From NCBI GenBank assembly GCA_963803435.1, contig CAWDML010000009.1, positions 1,632,001-1,696,000 of the forward strand: a DNA stretch of 64,000 bases, given 5' to 3'. The position numbers and the translations under genes are program-made. This stretch comes from an uncultured delta proteobacterium (GTDB lineage: Bacteria; Myxococcota; Kuafuiibacteriia; Kuafuiibacteriales; Kuafuiibacteriaceae). The number at the start of each line of letters is the position of its first letter. The first letter of the stretch is position 1. The notes under the pieces were generated by a model. The model was not told the origin of the DNA. It worked only from the letters and a program-made list of their open reading frames with translations, and made no database searches. This document shows, one piece after another, positions 34,062 to 45,477 of this stretch.

Positions 34062-35394
34062 TCACGGACAGCCCTGCGAGCTCCGGTTCCGGTCACCCCA
34101 GCCGCCGTGCAGCGCCCTGATGTTCCGCGCCGTCTCGGCACCCAGCTCCGTGGCCAGCGACTGCTCCAGGCGGTCGCCCTCGCTCGTCAGCGCGCGGAAG
34201 AGCCGCTCCACCGGGGTGGTGGCCTCGGCGGGCGGCGTCATGCCGGCGCGCTCGCGGGCCAGGCGCTGAAAGACGCGCTGCAGCTCTGCCTCGGTGGTCT
34301 TGTCGCGGACCTCTGCGAACATGGCTTCGGGCGCCAGGCTGCCGGTGTTCTCGTCGCCGGTGACACGGGTGTACGTGCTCCGGATCTCGGCGATGATGCG
34401 CGCCTGGCTCTCGGCCATCTTTCGATCGATCACCTCGCGCTCGGATTCGGAGAGCTCGAGCTTCTCCAGATCGCCCGTCGGGATCGACGGCGGGTTCGGG
34501 CCGAGCGGCGTCGTGTCCCAGCGGAGCTCGCAGCGCTCGGCCATCTTGGTGAGCTCGGCCGGCGCCGGATCGTAGAACGGAGTGTCGTCGGCACCGCTCT
34601 TCGCCCGCGCCAGCGCCTCCTTCAGCGCGGCGACCTGCTCGACCAGCGCCGCCTTTTCTTTGGAGAGGACGGCCACCTGTTCGGGGAGCGCGATCGGATC
34701 GGCCGAGCCGGCGACCTCGGCCGCCCCGCCGCGGGCAGGCGCCGGGGCCCGCGAGGACGCGGCCACCCCGCGCGGAATCCGCCGTCTTGACCGGTGGGCG
34801 CCCGGCGGCGAGCTCTGCCCGCTCGCCGGCCTCCACCGCCAGCGTGCCCTCCGGGGTCGCCGTCGCCACCCTGCCCTCGTACACGGTCACCAGCACGGTG
34901 CTCGCGATCAGCGCGCCCGCCGCCGCCCCCAGCGCCGCCGAGATCTTCTGACTGCTCTCCATCTCCATCACCTCCACCCGGAAGCACGTTCCGAGGACCT
35001 CGATGGTTCCCAGCGGGGTGTGGACGACGAACGGTCCGCCGCGATCCACGCGATAGAACACGTCACCCGCCGCTTGCTCGACGTCCGTCTCGGCGGTCGG
35101 CGCGCGATAGGTGAGCCGCGCTCCGCGCTCCATCACCGCGACCGCGCGGGTCGCGATCGGCACGGTGATTCGCTTCGAAGCCACAAAGTCGCCGTGGCGC
35201 GGCGCGCTCCGGATCAGCGACGCGCCCAGCACCATGCCGATCGCGCCGACTGCGACGGCGAGGCCGACCAAGAACGCACGGCGCCGCCGCTCTTCCGCGG
35301 CCAGCCGCGCGAGCACGGGTCCGGAGACATCCGGTCCCTCGCCCGCCCGAAACGCGTCTAGCGCGCGGCGCTCCGCCTCGGTCCACTCATCCAT
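34062..35394 (-). CDS. FecR-domain anti-sigma/membrane protein with coiled-coil C-terminal region (1 frameshift near 34777)
   Basis: TM then EQAAGDVFYRV..FVVHTPLGTIEVLGTCFRV..VYEGRV (FecR); continues in ORF 34062..34766 after removing one base. Confidence 0.75.
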
Positions 35395-35984
35395 GGTGTC
35401 GATCCTCTTCGTCTTCGCCGAGGGCAGACCTGAGCACGGCCCGCGCACGGGACAGCCGCGACTTGACGGTCCCGATCTCGAGGTCGAGCGCCCTCGCGAT
35501 CTCGGGATAATCGAGGTCGTGATACGCGCGCAGCACCAGCACCGCGCGCTGGTCGTCGTCGAGCGCCGCCATCGCCTGCCTCACCCGACGCTCCAGCTCG
35601 CGGGCGCCGAGGAGCGCTTCAGGTCCGTCGACGGCCGGCGGCTCCGAGGGCGGCGGAGGGGATCCGGGCGTGCTTGCGGAGCGCGTCGATGCCGGTCCGA
35701 GCGGCAATCGTCAGCACCCACGACGAGAGCTTGGCCGGCCCGGCGGGATCGAAGCGGGGGAGGCCCTGGAGCGCCTTGAGCAGGCTGTCCTGCAGGAGGT
35801 CCTCGACCAGCTCGGGGCAGGCGACCAGCAGGCGCGCGAGCAGCTGGAAGACGCGCCCCTGATAGCAGCGTACGAAGTCGCCCTGGGCGCTCCAATCGCC
35901 GCGCTTCGCCCGCGCGAGCGTCAGGTCGTCGAGCTCCTCCCGCACCGTTCGCTCCCGCCGCCGCCGATCCTGGACCGCGAGCAC
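35387..35984 (-). CDS. ECF RNA polymerase sigma factor (1 frameshift near 35660)
   Basis: ARAKRGD..F..YQGRV, VEDLLQD, WVLTIAARTGID, then LDYPEIARALDLEIGTVKSRLSRAR. Start 35984 or 35945. Confidence 0.85.
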
Positions 35985-35990
35985 GTCTGT

Positions 35991-36017
35991 TACACGACCC
36001 CGCCGGTCGCCGGTTCC
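35991..36017 (-). promoter_or_regulatory. ECF-type promoter GGAAC-N16-CGTGTA (probably autoregulatory)
   Basis: Minus strand GGAAC CGGCGACCGGCGGGGT CGTGTA, 6 nt before GTG 35984. Confidence 0.6.
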
Positions 36018-36233
36018 CGCCCTGCTTTTTTCCAAGCAACGTTCTCAATCGCCGCTCGATAACTACATTAGATCACATTTAGCAGGGACCTCCGCGGGTC
36101 GCTTGCACGATCGAAAACAAACCTGTCGCAAGACGGTGCATGGCAAGCAGCGAGGGTCGGGTGGCCGAGAGGTTGCCCGGCCCATTTTTCTGTCCGCGTA
36201 ACTCCGTCGCGCCCGCCGGCGTAGCATCGCTCG

Positions 36234-37172
36234 ATGCACGCGGTTCTGCTCGCCCTCATGTTGAACACCCCGGCCGCCCCCAAGGAGCTCGGCGACGTGA
36301 AGTGGCTCCGCAACTTCGACACCGCCCAGGCCCAGGCGAAGAAGGCCGGCAAACCAATCCTGATCCTCTTCGACGAGGTCCCCGGCTGCCAGACCTGCAG
36401 CCACTACGGTCAGTCGGTGCTCTCCCACCCGCTGCTGGTCGAGGCCGCCGAGACCGAGTTCGTGCCGCTCGCAATCTACAACAACACGCCGGGCCACGAT
36501 CGCTCGGTGCTCGAGCGCTACCGCGAGCCCAGCTGGAACAACCCGGTGGTCCGGATCGTCGACAGCGCCGGTGAGCCCGTGGTCGAGCGCCTCAACGGCG
36601 ACTACTCCCAGCACGGCCTCGCCCGCACCATGGTCGCCGCGCTCGAGAAGGCCGGCCGTCCCGTCCCGGCGTATCTCTCGATCCTGGAGGAGGAGCTCCG
36701 CCCCCAGGTCGATCGCGCGGTGTTCTCGATGTACTGCTTCTGGTCCGGCGAGATGTGCCTCGGCGACGTGGACGGTGTGGTCGGCACCCGCACCGGCTAC
36801 GCCAGCGGCAAGGAGGTCGTCGAGGTCACCTACGATCCGGCGCGCCTGTCGCGCGACGATCTGGTGCGAGTCGTGACCCAGCGCCAGTGCGGCAAGCTCG
36901 AGGCCGCACCTTCGTTCCGCTTCTCCGAGACCGACGACAAGTACCAGCTCCGCCACACGCCCTGGGCGTTCGTCCCCATGACCGCGCTGCAGGCCAGCCG
37001 CGCCAACGCGCTCATCGGCAAGGGCAGCGATCCCAGCCCGGTCTTCTCCTCGAGGCAACGCGCGATCTTCCGGGCCGCCAGCCAGAAGCCCGACGCCGGC
37101 TGGGCGGTGGCGATCGGCGCGGACGATCTCCGCTCGGCCTTCATCGCGGCCGCGGAGCGGACCGGGAGCTGA
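36234..37172 (+). CDS. VPGUxxT-family thioredoxin-like protein (Cys form) with MsrA-like domain
   Basis: LILFDEVPGCQTC (TGC codon), WNNPVVRI, then MYCFWSGE..GVVGTRTGY..EVVEVTYDP (MsrA-like). Confidence 0.75.
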   Translation: MHAVLLALMLNTPAAPKELGDVKWLRNFDTAQAQAKKAGKPILILFDEVPGCQTCSHYGQSVLSHPLLVEAAETEFVPLAIYNNTPGHDRSVLERYREPSWNNPVVRIVDSAGEPVVERLNGDYSQHGLARTMVAALEKAGRPVPAYLSILEEELRPQVDRAVFSMYCFWSGEMCLGDVDGVVGTRTGYASGKEVVEVTYDPARLSRDDLVRVVTQRQCGKLEAAPSFRFSETDDKYQLRHTPWAFVPMTALQASRANALIGKGSDPSPVFSSRQRAIFRAASQKPDAGWAVAIGADDLRSAFIAAAERTGS

Positions 37173-37746
37173 TATCATCCGCTCTGAATGTTCTCTTCCC
37201 GATACGAGGCGGCGCTGGCGCTGGCGGCCCGGCGCCATGACGGCCAGCGACGGAAGGGCGGCGACCTCCCCTACCTGACGCACCTGGTCCACGTGGGCCG
37301 GCTCCTGGAGCCCTACGGTGAGGACGCGGTGCTGGCCGGCCTGCTTCACGACCTGCTGGAGGACACCTGCCAATCCGCCGAGGAGCTGCGCGACGTCTCG
37401 CAGGCGATCGGCGAGAGCTTCGGCGCCGACGTGCTCGCCGCCGTCCAGTCGGTCTCCGAGGAGAAGCTGTCCGCGGACGGCACCAAGATCCCCTGGCGCG
37501 CCCGCAAGGAGCGCTACGTCGCGCACCTCTCGGTCGCTCCTCTGCTCGCGCTCCGGGTCTCGGCCGCCGACAAGATCCACAACGTCGCCACCTTGAACCT
37601 CGAGCTCGAGGCCAAGGGGCCGACCGTCTGGCAGCGCTTCCGGGCGTCGGCCGACGAGTCGATCTGGTTCTACGAGAGCGTCCGCGACGCGCTGGCCCGG
37701 CGGCTGGGTGAGGAGGATGCGCTCGTCCTCGAGCTGACGAGGCAGG

Positions 37747-38195
<449 letters not shown>

Positions 38196-38196
<1 letters not shown>

Positions 38197-40914
38197 CAAC
38201 TCCTCACGCGTGCGGGCACTGCTGCGGCGGAGGTCGACGGCGCCGGCTGGGGGAGCAGCGACCGGGAGACGCGGACGTTCTCCAGCGCGGTCGACTCGAG
38301 GACCCGGAGGCAGGCCTCGTAGACGCCCTCGCCGTCGATGTGATGGTACCCGTAGACGTCGACCGGTCGGCCCGACTTGGAGGCCTTGCGCACGCCGAGC
38401 GTCTCGCTCTTCACGCCGACGATGCTGCCCACGTTGTCGATGATGCCCGGCTCGCCGTCGACGAGCGCCACGATCGGTACGCGACGTCCCGCCGCCAGGA
38501 CGAGATCGCTGCGATCCGTGATCTCGGCGCCGTGCCCGTTGGGCTCCGTCAGATAGAGATCGCCGTTGATCCCGAGCCCCTCGATCAGATGGCGGTAGCC
38601 GTCCTTGTGTCCGAGGTTGCCGACCAGCAGATCGCCGGAGGTCACCACCACCACGTTCGCGTAGATGCCCTCCGCCTTCAGCCGGTCCGAGGCCGCCAGC
38701 GCCTCGGAGCCCATCGCGCCCAGCGAGAGGATGTGGACGACGTTCTCGCCCGGCTCGTAGCCCGGGTAGCCGCGCCAGTCGACGAGGTAGTACGCGCCCG
38801 CCAGCGCGTCGTGCCGCGTGAAGTCGATGATCTGCTCCTCGGTCGCGCTCTCGAAGCGCTTGGCGGTCTGGAGGCGCTCCATCATCTCGGCCTGCTTGAA
38901 CGCGCGGGTCACGGCCCGGATGATCACGCCGGTGCGGCCCTCGTTGTCGTTCTGGTAGTGACGGCGGACCGCGTCGGAGAGGATCCAGTCCATCTCGACG
39001 CCGAAGAAGGGCTCCCAGATGATCACGTTCGGCATCTGGATGTCGCTCTTCCAGGAGTGCTGCGCGCCCTCGGGCGCCAGCGTCACGCCCGAAGGGGTGC
39101 CGACGCAGATGAAGCTCGAGGCCCAGTAGAGGTTGTAGTAGAGCTGATCGAACGCGCGTTTGATGAAGAAGTCGTAGATCGTCATGATCGGGAGGAACGG
39201 GACCCCGTAGTACTCCCATCTTCCCGAACGCGCCCACCGCGCTCATGCAGTTGGCCTCCGCGATCTCGAATCGGATGTGGCGCGTCCAGGCCTCCTCGTG
39301 CGGCGCGAGCTGGGGACGGCGACGGTCGCGGACGCCCAGCTCCTCCTCGTAGTCCTCCTGTGCGGGACCGTAGATGCGGTCGTCCATCGCGGGGTTGATG
39401 TTGGTGGAGGTGCCGACGTCGGGCGCCATCGTCAGGACCAGCTCGGCGGCCGGACCCCAGCGGCGCTCGTCGCCCTCGAGCGCGCCGGCCTCCTTCTCGC
39501 CGTGACGGATCATCTCGTAGTCGGTGCCGATGCGGATCAGCTTCGCGGCGAGCTGGCCCCAGATGCACTGCGTGTGCACCAGCGGCAGGTACTTGAGGTT
39601 GAGCCCGAGCGTCTCCGGCAGCCCCTCCGACACGGCGCCCTGGAAGCGGGTCCGGTTGGCGTCGGCGAGCGCCCACAGCTGCTCCTGGCCCTGGCGGAGC
39701 GTCTGCTTCCGCGCCTCCAGGAACTTGCCGTGCGGGCTCTCGGGATCGAAGAGCGCGAAGGGATCGTCCTTGCCGAGGCCCTCCTTCGCGAGCAGCTCGT
39801 CCACCTCCTCGACCGGCGGGAGCGCGTTGTGGTTGCCGGGCGCCGCGTAGCTGGAGAGCCCCCAACCCTTGATCGTGTGCGCGACGACGAGCGTGGGGTT
39901 GATCGGATCGAGCTTCGAGCGCCGGAGGGCGTCGAGCATGATCGCGATGTCGTGACCGCCCAGATCGGCGAAGATCGCGTAGACCTCGTCGTCGGTGTAG
40001 CGCGAGAGCGTGCGCTCGATCCGCTTGTCGAGGCTGACCAGGCGCTCGCGACAGATGCTGCCGTCCTTCTTGAGCAGCATCACCTGGAACTCGAAGTCGG
40101 AGAACGCGTTCTCGAGGAGGTCGCGCAGGCGATCGCCGTGGACCTGCTCGAAGGCCGCCAGCCGCTTGCGGCCGTGGCGACACTGGATCACGTCCCAGCC
40201 ATTGGCCACCGCGACGCGCTCGATGCGGTCGGCATCGGTGCCGCGGAGCCCGCGCTTGTTGGGGATGCGGGTACCGTCCAGGTTCTGTCGGTTGTAGTCG
40301 ACGATCCAGGTGACGTTGCCGAGCTCGCGCTCCGCGGCGTCCGGCATCGCCTCCATCAGGGAGCCCTCGCGGAACTCGGAGTCGCCCATCAGCGACCAGA
40401 AGTGCGCGTCCTTGGGCAGCTCGATGTGGTGGTCCTTGCCGTACTTGAGGGCCAGCGACATGTACATCGAGACCACCGGCGGGATGCCGACCGAGCCGGA
40501 GGGGAAGTAGATGTTCCCGTCGGGGTCCCACTCCGAGTGATAGCTCTGGAAGACCGGCTCACCGTCCTGCGAGAACTTGCGAAGCCGGGTCATCGCGCCC
40601 TTGGCCTCGTCGATGTCCAGCCAGCGGCGGCCGCGAGGCTCGTGGAAGAAGCCGAGCAGGTGGTTGAGCGAGTGATCGACCGGGGAGCCGTGCGGCTTCA
40701 CCGCGATCCAGTCCTGCGGCTCGCGCACGCCCAGGTGGAGCGCCGACATGATGTGGACGCACGAGGAGCACGCCGCCGGGTGGCCGCCGACCTTCGGGTC
40801 GCCCTCCATCACGTCGTCGCGATGATTCGCGTCGACGATCATCTTCGTGGCGAACACAAAGACCCGGTGGGCAATGCGCTCGATCAGCTCGACCTCTTTC
40901 TCGACCCTGACCAT
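38196..40914 (-). CDS. aceE: Pyruvate/2-oxoacid dehydrogenase E1, homodimeric AceE type (1 frameshift near 39215)
   Basis: [28 protein letters not shown] (ThDP motif), TIKGWG, EIAEAN, APEGAQH. Confidence 0.85.
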
Positions 40915-41023
40915 GATCGACGATCGTTAAGCACACCTGCCGAGCCCGGGCCAGCCCAGCGTACGCCGATCCACGAAAACGCTCGCCTTTTGGCCGGCGG
41001 AACGGTTACCCAGTGAGCTCCGC

Positions 41024-42517
41024 ATGGAGGTCCAGCCCAGCCGAGCGGAGGTGCTGGCCCACGGAGGCCCCGAGACGCACCTCGCGCTCTCGGTCGAGCT
41101 CCTGGCGGATGTCGAGACTCCGATCTCGCTGTACCGCAAGCTCAGCGCGAAAGGTCGTCGCTCGTTCCTCCTCGAGAGCGCCGAGGGCGGCGAGACCTTC
41201 GGCCGCTACTCCTTCATCGGCGTCGATCCGGTGGCCGTGTTCTCGTTCGGCGACCGGAAGGGCGAGATCGTCCGCGACGGCCAGATCGAGCAGGTGACCT
41301 TCGACGACCCTCTGGTCGTCCTCCAGTCGATCGTCTCGCAGTATCGCGTGGCGGCAAGGCCGCACCTCCCCCGCCTCCAGGGCGGCGCTGTCGGCTGGCT
41401 CTCCTACGATGCGGTCCGCTACTTCGAGCCCGCGGCGCGCCCCCGCACCGGCCATGATCTCGAGGGCGGCTTCCTGATCGCGGAGACGATCGCGATCGTC
41501 GATCACCTCCGCCATCGCGTCACGTTCGTGACCCTGATCCCGCTCGACGGCGATCGGGGTCGGCGCTACGACGAAGGCGTCGCGTCGCTGGCGGCGCTCG
41601 TCGATCGCCTGGCCGAGCCGCTGCCGCCCACGCCTCCGTTTTTCCCCAACGCAACCAGGGTCGCAGAGGCCGAGAGCACGATCTCCGACGAGGCCTTTCA
41701 GGAGTCGGTCCGCGCGGCCAAGCGCGCCATCGAGGCCGGCGAGGTCTTCCAGGTCGTCCTCAGCCGCAAGCTGGTCGCGCGGGTGTCGCTGTCTTCCTTC
41801 GAGCTCTACCGCGCGCTCCGTGCGCTCAACCCGTCGCCGTACATGTTCCACCTCGACCTCGGCGATCGGGCCATCGTGGGAGCGTCGCCGGAGGTCCTGG
41901 TCCGGGTGGATCAAGACGGCGTGCTGCTCCGTCCCATCGCGGGGACGCGGCGCCGCGGGCGCGACGCGGCGGAGGACCTGGATCTCGAGCGCGATCTCCT
42001 CGCCGACGAGAAGGAGCTGGCCGAGCACCGCATGCTGGTCGACCTGGGCCGAAACGACGTGGGACGGATCGCCGAGCCGGGCACGGTGGTGCTGGACCGG
42101 CCTCTCCACGTCGAGCGCTACTCGCACGTCATGCACATCGTCTCCGACGTCCGGGGCCGCCTGCGCACCGGGCTCGACGCCTTCGACACCTTTCGCGCCT
42201 GCTTCCCGGCGGGCACGGTCTCGGGTGCGCCCAAGATCCGCGCGATGGAGCTGATCGGTCGGCTCGAGACAGAGCCGCGCGGACCCTACGCGGGCTCGGT
42301 GGGCTACTTCGACTTCTCGGGGAACATGGACACCTGCATCGCGATCCGCACGATGGTGGTCCACCCGGATCGGGTCGAGATCCAGGCCGGTGCCGGGATC
42401 GTCTACGACTCGGATCCGAAGACCGAGCTCGAGGAGACCAACAACAAGGCGAAGGGCCCGCTCACCGCGCTGGCGATCGCCGAGGAGCTCTCGCATGCCG
42501 GTGCTCATCGTCGATAA
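41024..42517 (+). CDS. trpE: Anthranilate synthase component I
   Basis: FLLESAEGG..GRYSF, GEVFQVVLS, NPSPYM, PIAGT, EHRMLVDLGRND, FPAGTVSGAPK. Confidence 0.95.
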   Translation: MEVQPSRAEVLAHGGPETHLALSVELLADVETPISLYRKLSAKGRRSFLLESAEGGETFGRYSFIGVDPVAVFSFGDRKGEIVRDGQIEQVTFDDPLVVLQSIVSQYRVAARPHLPRLQGGAVGWLSYDAVRYFEPAARPRTGHDLEGGFLIAETIAIVDHLRHRVTFVTLIPLDGDRGRRYDEGVASLAALVDRLAEPLPPTPPFFPNATRVAEAESTISDEAFQESVRAAKRAIEAGEVFQVVLSRKLVARVSLSSFELYRALRALNPSPYMFHLDLGDRAIVGASPEVLVRVDQDGVLLRPIAGTRRRGRDAAEDLDLERDLLADEKELAEHRMLVDLGRNDVGRIAEPGTVVLDRPLHVERYSHVMHIVSDVRGRLRTGLDAFDTFRACFPAGTVSGAPKIRAMELIGRLETEPRGPYAGSVGYFDFSGNMDTCIAIRTMVVHPDRVEIQAGAGIVYDSDPKTELEETNNKAKGPLTALAIAEELSHAGAHRR

Positions 42518-43088
42518 TTACGACTCGTTCACCTACAACCTCTTCCAGTACCTCGGTGAGCTCGGCGCCGAAGTGGTGGTGCGGCGGAACGACGAGATCG
42601 ACCTGGCCGGCATCGAGTCGATGGCGCCCTCCCACGTGGTGCTGTCACCCGGTCCGGGCTCGCCGGATCGGGAGCGGGACTTCGGCGTGTGCCGCGAGGT
42701 GGTCCTCCGCCTGGCCCCGCGCGTCCCCACGCTCGGCGTCTGCCTCGGCCACCAGGGCATCATCCATCACCTGGGCGGACGGGTGGTGCGCGCGCCGGCG
42801 ATCGTGCACGGAAAGAGCTCGCGCGTGCGACACGACTCGAGCTTGCTGTTCGCCGGGCTCCCGGAGACGATCGAGGTGATGCGCTATCACTCGCTGATCG
42901 GCGCGAAGGATTCGATCCCCGAGACCCTCGAGATCACGGCCGAGACCGTCACGGACGGGCTCGTGATGGCGGTGCGGCATCGCGAGTGGCCGCTGTACGG
43001 GATCCAGTTTCATCCGGAGAGCATCGGTACACCGACCGGCAAGACGATCCTGAAGAACTTCCTCGAGGGCGCCCACCGTGTACCGTGA
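42495..43088 (+). CDS. trpG: Anthranilate synthase component II (glutamine amidotransferase)
   Basis: IVDNYDSFTYN, LSPGPG, GVCLGHQ, RYHSL, QFHPES. Confidence 0.95.
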   Translation: MPVLIVDNYDSFTYNLFQYLGELGAEVVVRRNDEIDLAGIESMAPSHVVLSPGPGSPDRERDFGVCREVVLRLAPRVPTLGVCLGHQGIIHHLGGRVVRAPAIVHGKSSRVRHDSSLLFAGLPETIEVMRYHSLIGAKDSIPETLEITAETVTDGLVMAVRHREWPLYGIQFHPESIGTPTGKTILKNFLEGAHRVP

Positions 43089-44103
43089 CGCGATCGTCAA
43101 GCTGGTCCGCCGAGAGGATCTGACGCACGAGGAGGCGGCCTCGGTGATGACCGAGATCATGGACGGCGCCCTCACGCACGCGCAGATGGGCGCCTTCTTG
43201 GCGGCGGTGGCGCAGAAGGGCGAGACCGGGGAGGAGCTGGCAGGCTTCGCGCGAGTGCTGCGCGAGAAGGCGCTCAAGGTGACGGCCGCCGGGACCCTCC
43301 TCGACACGTGCGGTACCGGCGGCAGCGGGCTCTCGACCCACAACACCTCGACGATGGTGGCGTTCGTGGCTGCGGAGGCGGGCGTTCGGGTCGCCAAGCA
43401 CGGCAACCGGGCCTCCACCGGCAAGTGCGGATCGATGGACGTGCTGGAGGCGCTCGGCGTCCCGTTCGACCTGGGGCCGCCGGCGGTCGAGGCGCTGATC
43501 GGCGAGCTCGGCGTCGGGTTCATGTTCGCGCCGCGCTTTCATCCGGCCATGAGGCATGTGTCGCCGGTGCGCAAGGAGCTGGGGGTGCGGAGCAGCTTCA
43601 ACTTTCTGGGACCGCTCGCGAACCCGGCGGGGACCCAGCGCCAGCTCCTCGGCGTCTCCGATCCGCGCCGCGCACCGCTGATGGTCGAGGCGCTCCTTCG
43701 CCTGGGGAGCGAGCGCGTGATGATCGTCTGCGGCGAGGACGGGCTCGACGAGATCACGCTGACCGGCTTCACCCGGGTCTGGGAGCTCGAGGGCGGAGCC
43801 GTCCACGGACATCGGATCGCACCGGAGGACGTGGGGCTCCGGCCGGTCTCGTTCTCGAGCATCGCGGGCGGTGAGCGGGCGGAGAACGCCCGGGCGCTGC
43901 TCGACATCCTCGGCGGCGCGCGGCGGGACACGGTCCGCGATCACGTGGCGCTGAACGCCGGGGCCGCGCTGCTGGTGGCCGGCGTCGCGAAGACCCTGCG
44001 CGAGGGCTTCGAGCGCGCGATCGCGATCCTGGCCTCCGGTGCGGCGCTTCGCCGATTCGAGCTCTACCGCGAGCGGGCGCGCGCCCTGGCGGAGACCGCT
44101 TGA
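43078..44103 (+). CDS. trpD: Anthranilate phosphoribosyltransferase
   Basis: DTCGTGGSG, NTST, KHGNR, FNFLGPLANP, GLDE. Confidence 0.95.
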   Translation: MYRDAIVKLVRREDLTHEEAASVMTEIMDGALTHAQMGAFLAAVAQKGETGEELAGFARVLREKALKVTAAGTLLDTCGTGGSGLSTHNTSTMVAFVAAEAGVRVAKHGNRASTGKCGSMDVLEALGVPFDLGPPAVEALIGELGVGFMFAPRFHPAMRHVSPVRKELGVRSSFNFLGPLANPAGTQRQLLGVSDPRRAPLMVEALLRLGSERVMIVCGEDGLDEITLTGFTRVWELEGGAVHGHRIAPEDVGLRPVSFSSIAGGERAENARALLDILGGARRDTVRDHVALNAGAALLVAGVAKTLREGFERAIAILASGAALRRFELYRERARALAETA

Positions 44104-44879
44104 GCCCGGTGCCGCTCAAGCGCGACATCCCCGGCGTGTTGGGGAAGATCGTGAACTCGACGCTGGCGCGCCTGCCCGAGCTCGAGCCCGAGCGCCGGGC
44201 GCCGCCACCCGAGCCGAGCTCCCGGGACCTGGCCGCGGCGCTCTCGCGAGAGGGACTGGGGCTGATCGCCGAGCTCAAGCGGCGCTCCCCGTCGCAGGGG
44301 GCGATCCGCGAGGGCTCCGATCCGGTCGAGATCGCCCGCATCTACGCCCGGCACGCCACCGCGATCTCGGTGCTGACCGACGCGCCGTTCTTCGGCGGGA
44401 GCCTGGAGACATTGGCCGCGGTCCGCCGAGCGGTCGGCGTACCGCTGTTGATGAAGGACTTCGTCGTCTCGGAGCTCCAGATTCACGCCGGCCGTCGCGC
44501 AGGAGCGGACGCGGTGCTCCTGATGGCCTCGCTGCTCCCGCCGGACTCGATCGAGATCCTGCTCGCCGCCGCCCGGGGCCTCGGCATGGAGGCGCTGGTC
44601 GAGGTCCACGACGCAGGCGAGCTCGCGGAGGTGCTCGGTACCAGCGCGCGCATCGTCGGGATCAACAACCGCGATCTGACGACGCTCGAGATCGACCTCG
44701 ACAACTTCGACCGGCTCCTCCCCTCGATCCCGCCCGACCGGATCGTGGTCGCCGAGAGCGGTGTCGAGACACGCGCCGACGTCGAGCGGCTCCGCGGGCG
44801 TGCGCATGCGGTCTTGATCGGGACCACGCTCATGCGCGCGTTCGACATCGAGGCCGCGATCGAGGCGCTGTCGTGGTGA
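44100..44879 (+). CDS. trpC: Indole-3-glycerol phosphate synthase
   Basis: IAELKRRSPSQG, ISVLTD..FFGG, KDF, EVH, GINNRDL, AESG. Confidence 0.95.
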   Translation: MSPVPLKRDIPGVLGKIVNSTLARLPELEPERRAPPPEPSSRDLAAALSREGLGLIAELKRRSPSQGAIREGSDPVEIARIYARHATAISVLTDAPFFGGSLETLAAVRRAVGVPLLMKDFVVSELQIHAGRRAGADAVLLMASLLPPDSIEILLAAARGLGMEALVEVHDAGELAEVLGTSARIVGINNRDLTTLEIDLDNFDRLLPSIPPDRIVVAESGVETRADVERLRGRAHAVLIGTTLMRAFDIEAAIEALSW

Positions 44880-45475
44880 GGGTCAAGATCTGCGGCGTGC
44901 GCACGGTGGAGGCCGCCCAGGCGATCTCGGCGGCCGGCGCCGACCTGGCCGGGCTCAACTTCGTTCCCCACAGCCGCCGCCGGTTGGACCTCGAGATGGC
45001 CGCCTCGATCGTCCGCGCGCTCGGCGACGTCAGACCCGTCGGCGTCTTTGCCGGCGCGACCACGGCGGAGGTCGAAGAGATCGCGGACGGGCTCGGCCTC
45101 GAATGGATCCAGCTCCACGGCGACGAGCCGCAGCAGCTCAGCGCCGAGCTGAGCCGTCGCTTCCGCATCATCAAGGCGTTCTCGATCGACGACACCTTCA
45201 CGCCCGCGCAGCTCGAGGCCCACGTCCGCTGGGCGGAGCTCTTCCTCTTCGACGCGCCCCGCCCTGGCTCCGGCCTCACGTTCGACTGGAGCCGACTCCC
45301 GGAGAGCCCGCGCCCGTTCCTCCTGGCGGGCGGCCTCACCGCGGACAATGTCACCACCGCGATCGAGCGCGTGACGCCCTTCGGCGTGGACACGGCCTCG
45401 GGCGTCGAGACCGACGGGGTCCAGGATCCGGCCAAGATCGCCGCCTTCGTGGAAGCCTGCCGGACCGAGCGCTGA
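44876..45475 (+). CDS. trpF: Phosphoribosylanthranilate isomerase
   Basis: VKICG, QLHGDE, GSGLTFDW, LAGGL, GVDTASGVE. Confidence 0.93.
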   Translation: MRVKICGVRTVEAAQAISAAGADLAGLNFVPHSRRRLDLEMAASIVRALGDVRPVGVFAGATTAEVEEIADGLGLEWIQLHGDEPQQLSAELSRRFRIIKAFSIDDTFTPAQLEAHVRWAELFLFDAPRPGSGLTFDWSRLPESPRPFLLAGGLTADNVTTAIERVTPFGVDTASGVETDGVQDPAKIAAFVEACRTER

Positions 45476-45477
45476 GC

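Noticed and set aside
36370-36400. Selenocysteine recoding in the VPGxxxT motif
   Set aside because: The codon is TGC (Cys); there is no in-frame TGA.
40915-41023. trp attenuator leader peptide or T-box upstream of trpE
   Set aside because: Only ~110 bp of divergent intergenic DNA, with no Trp-codon mini-ORF or terminator.
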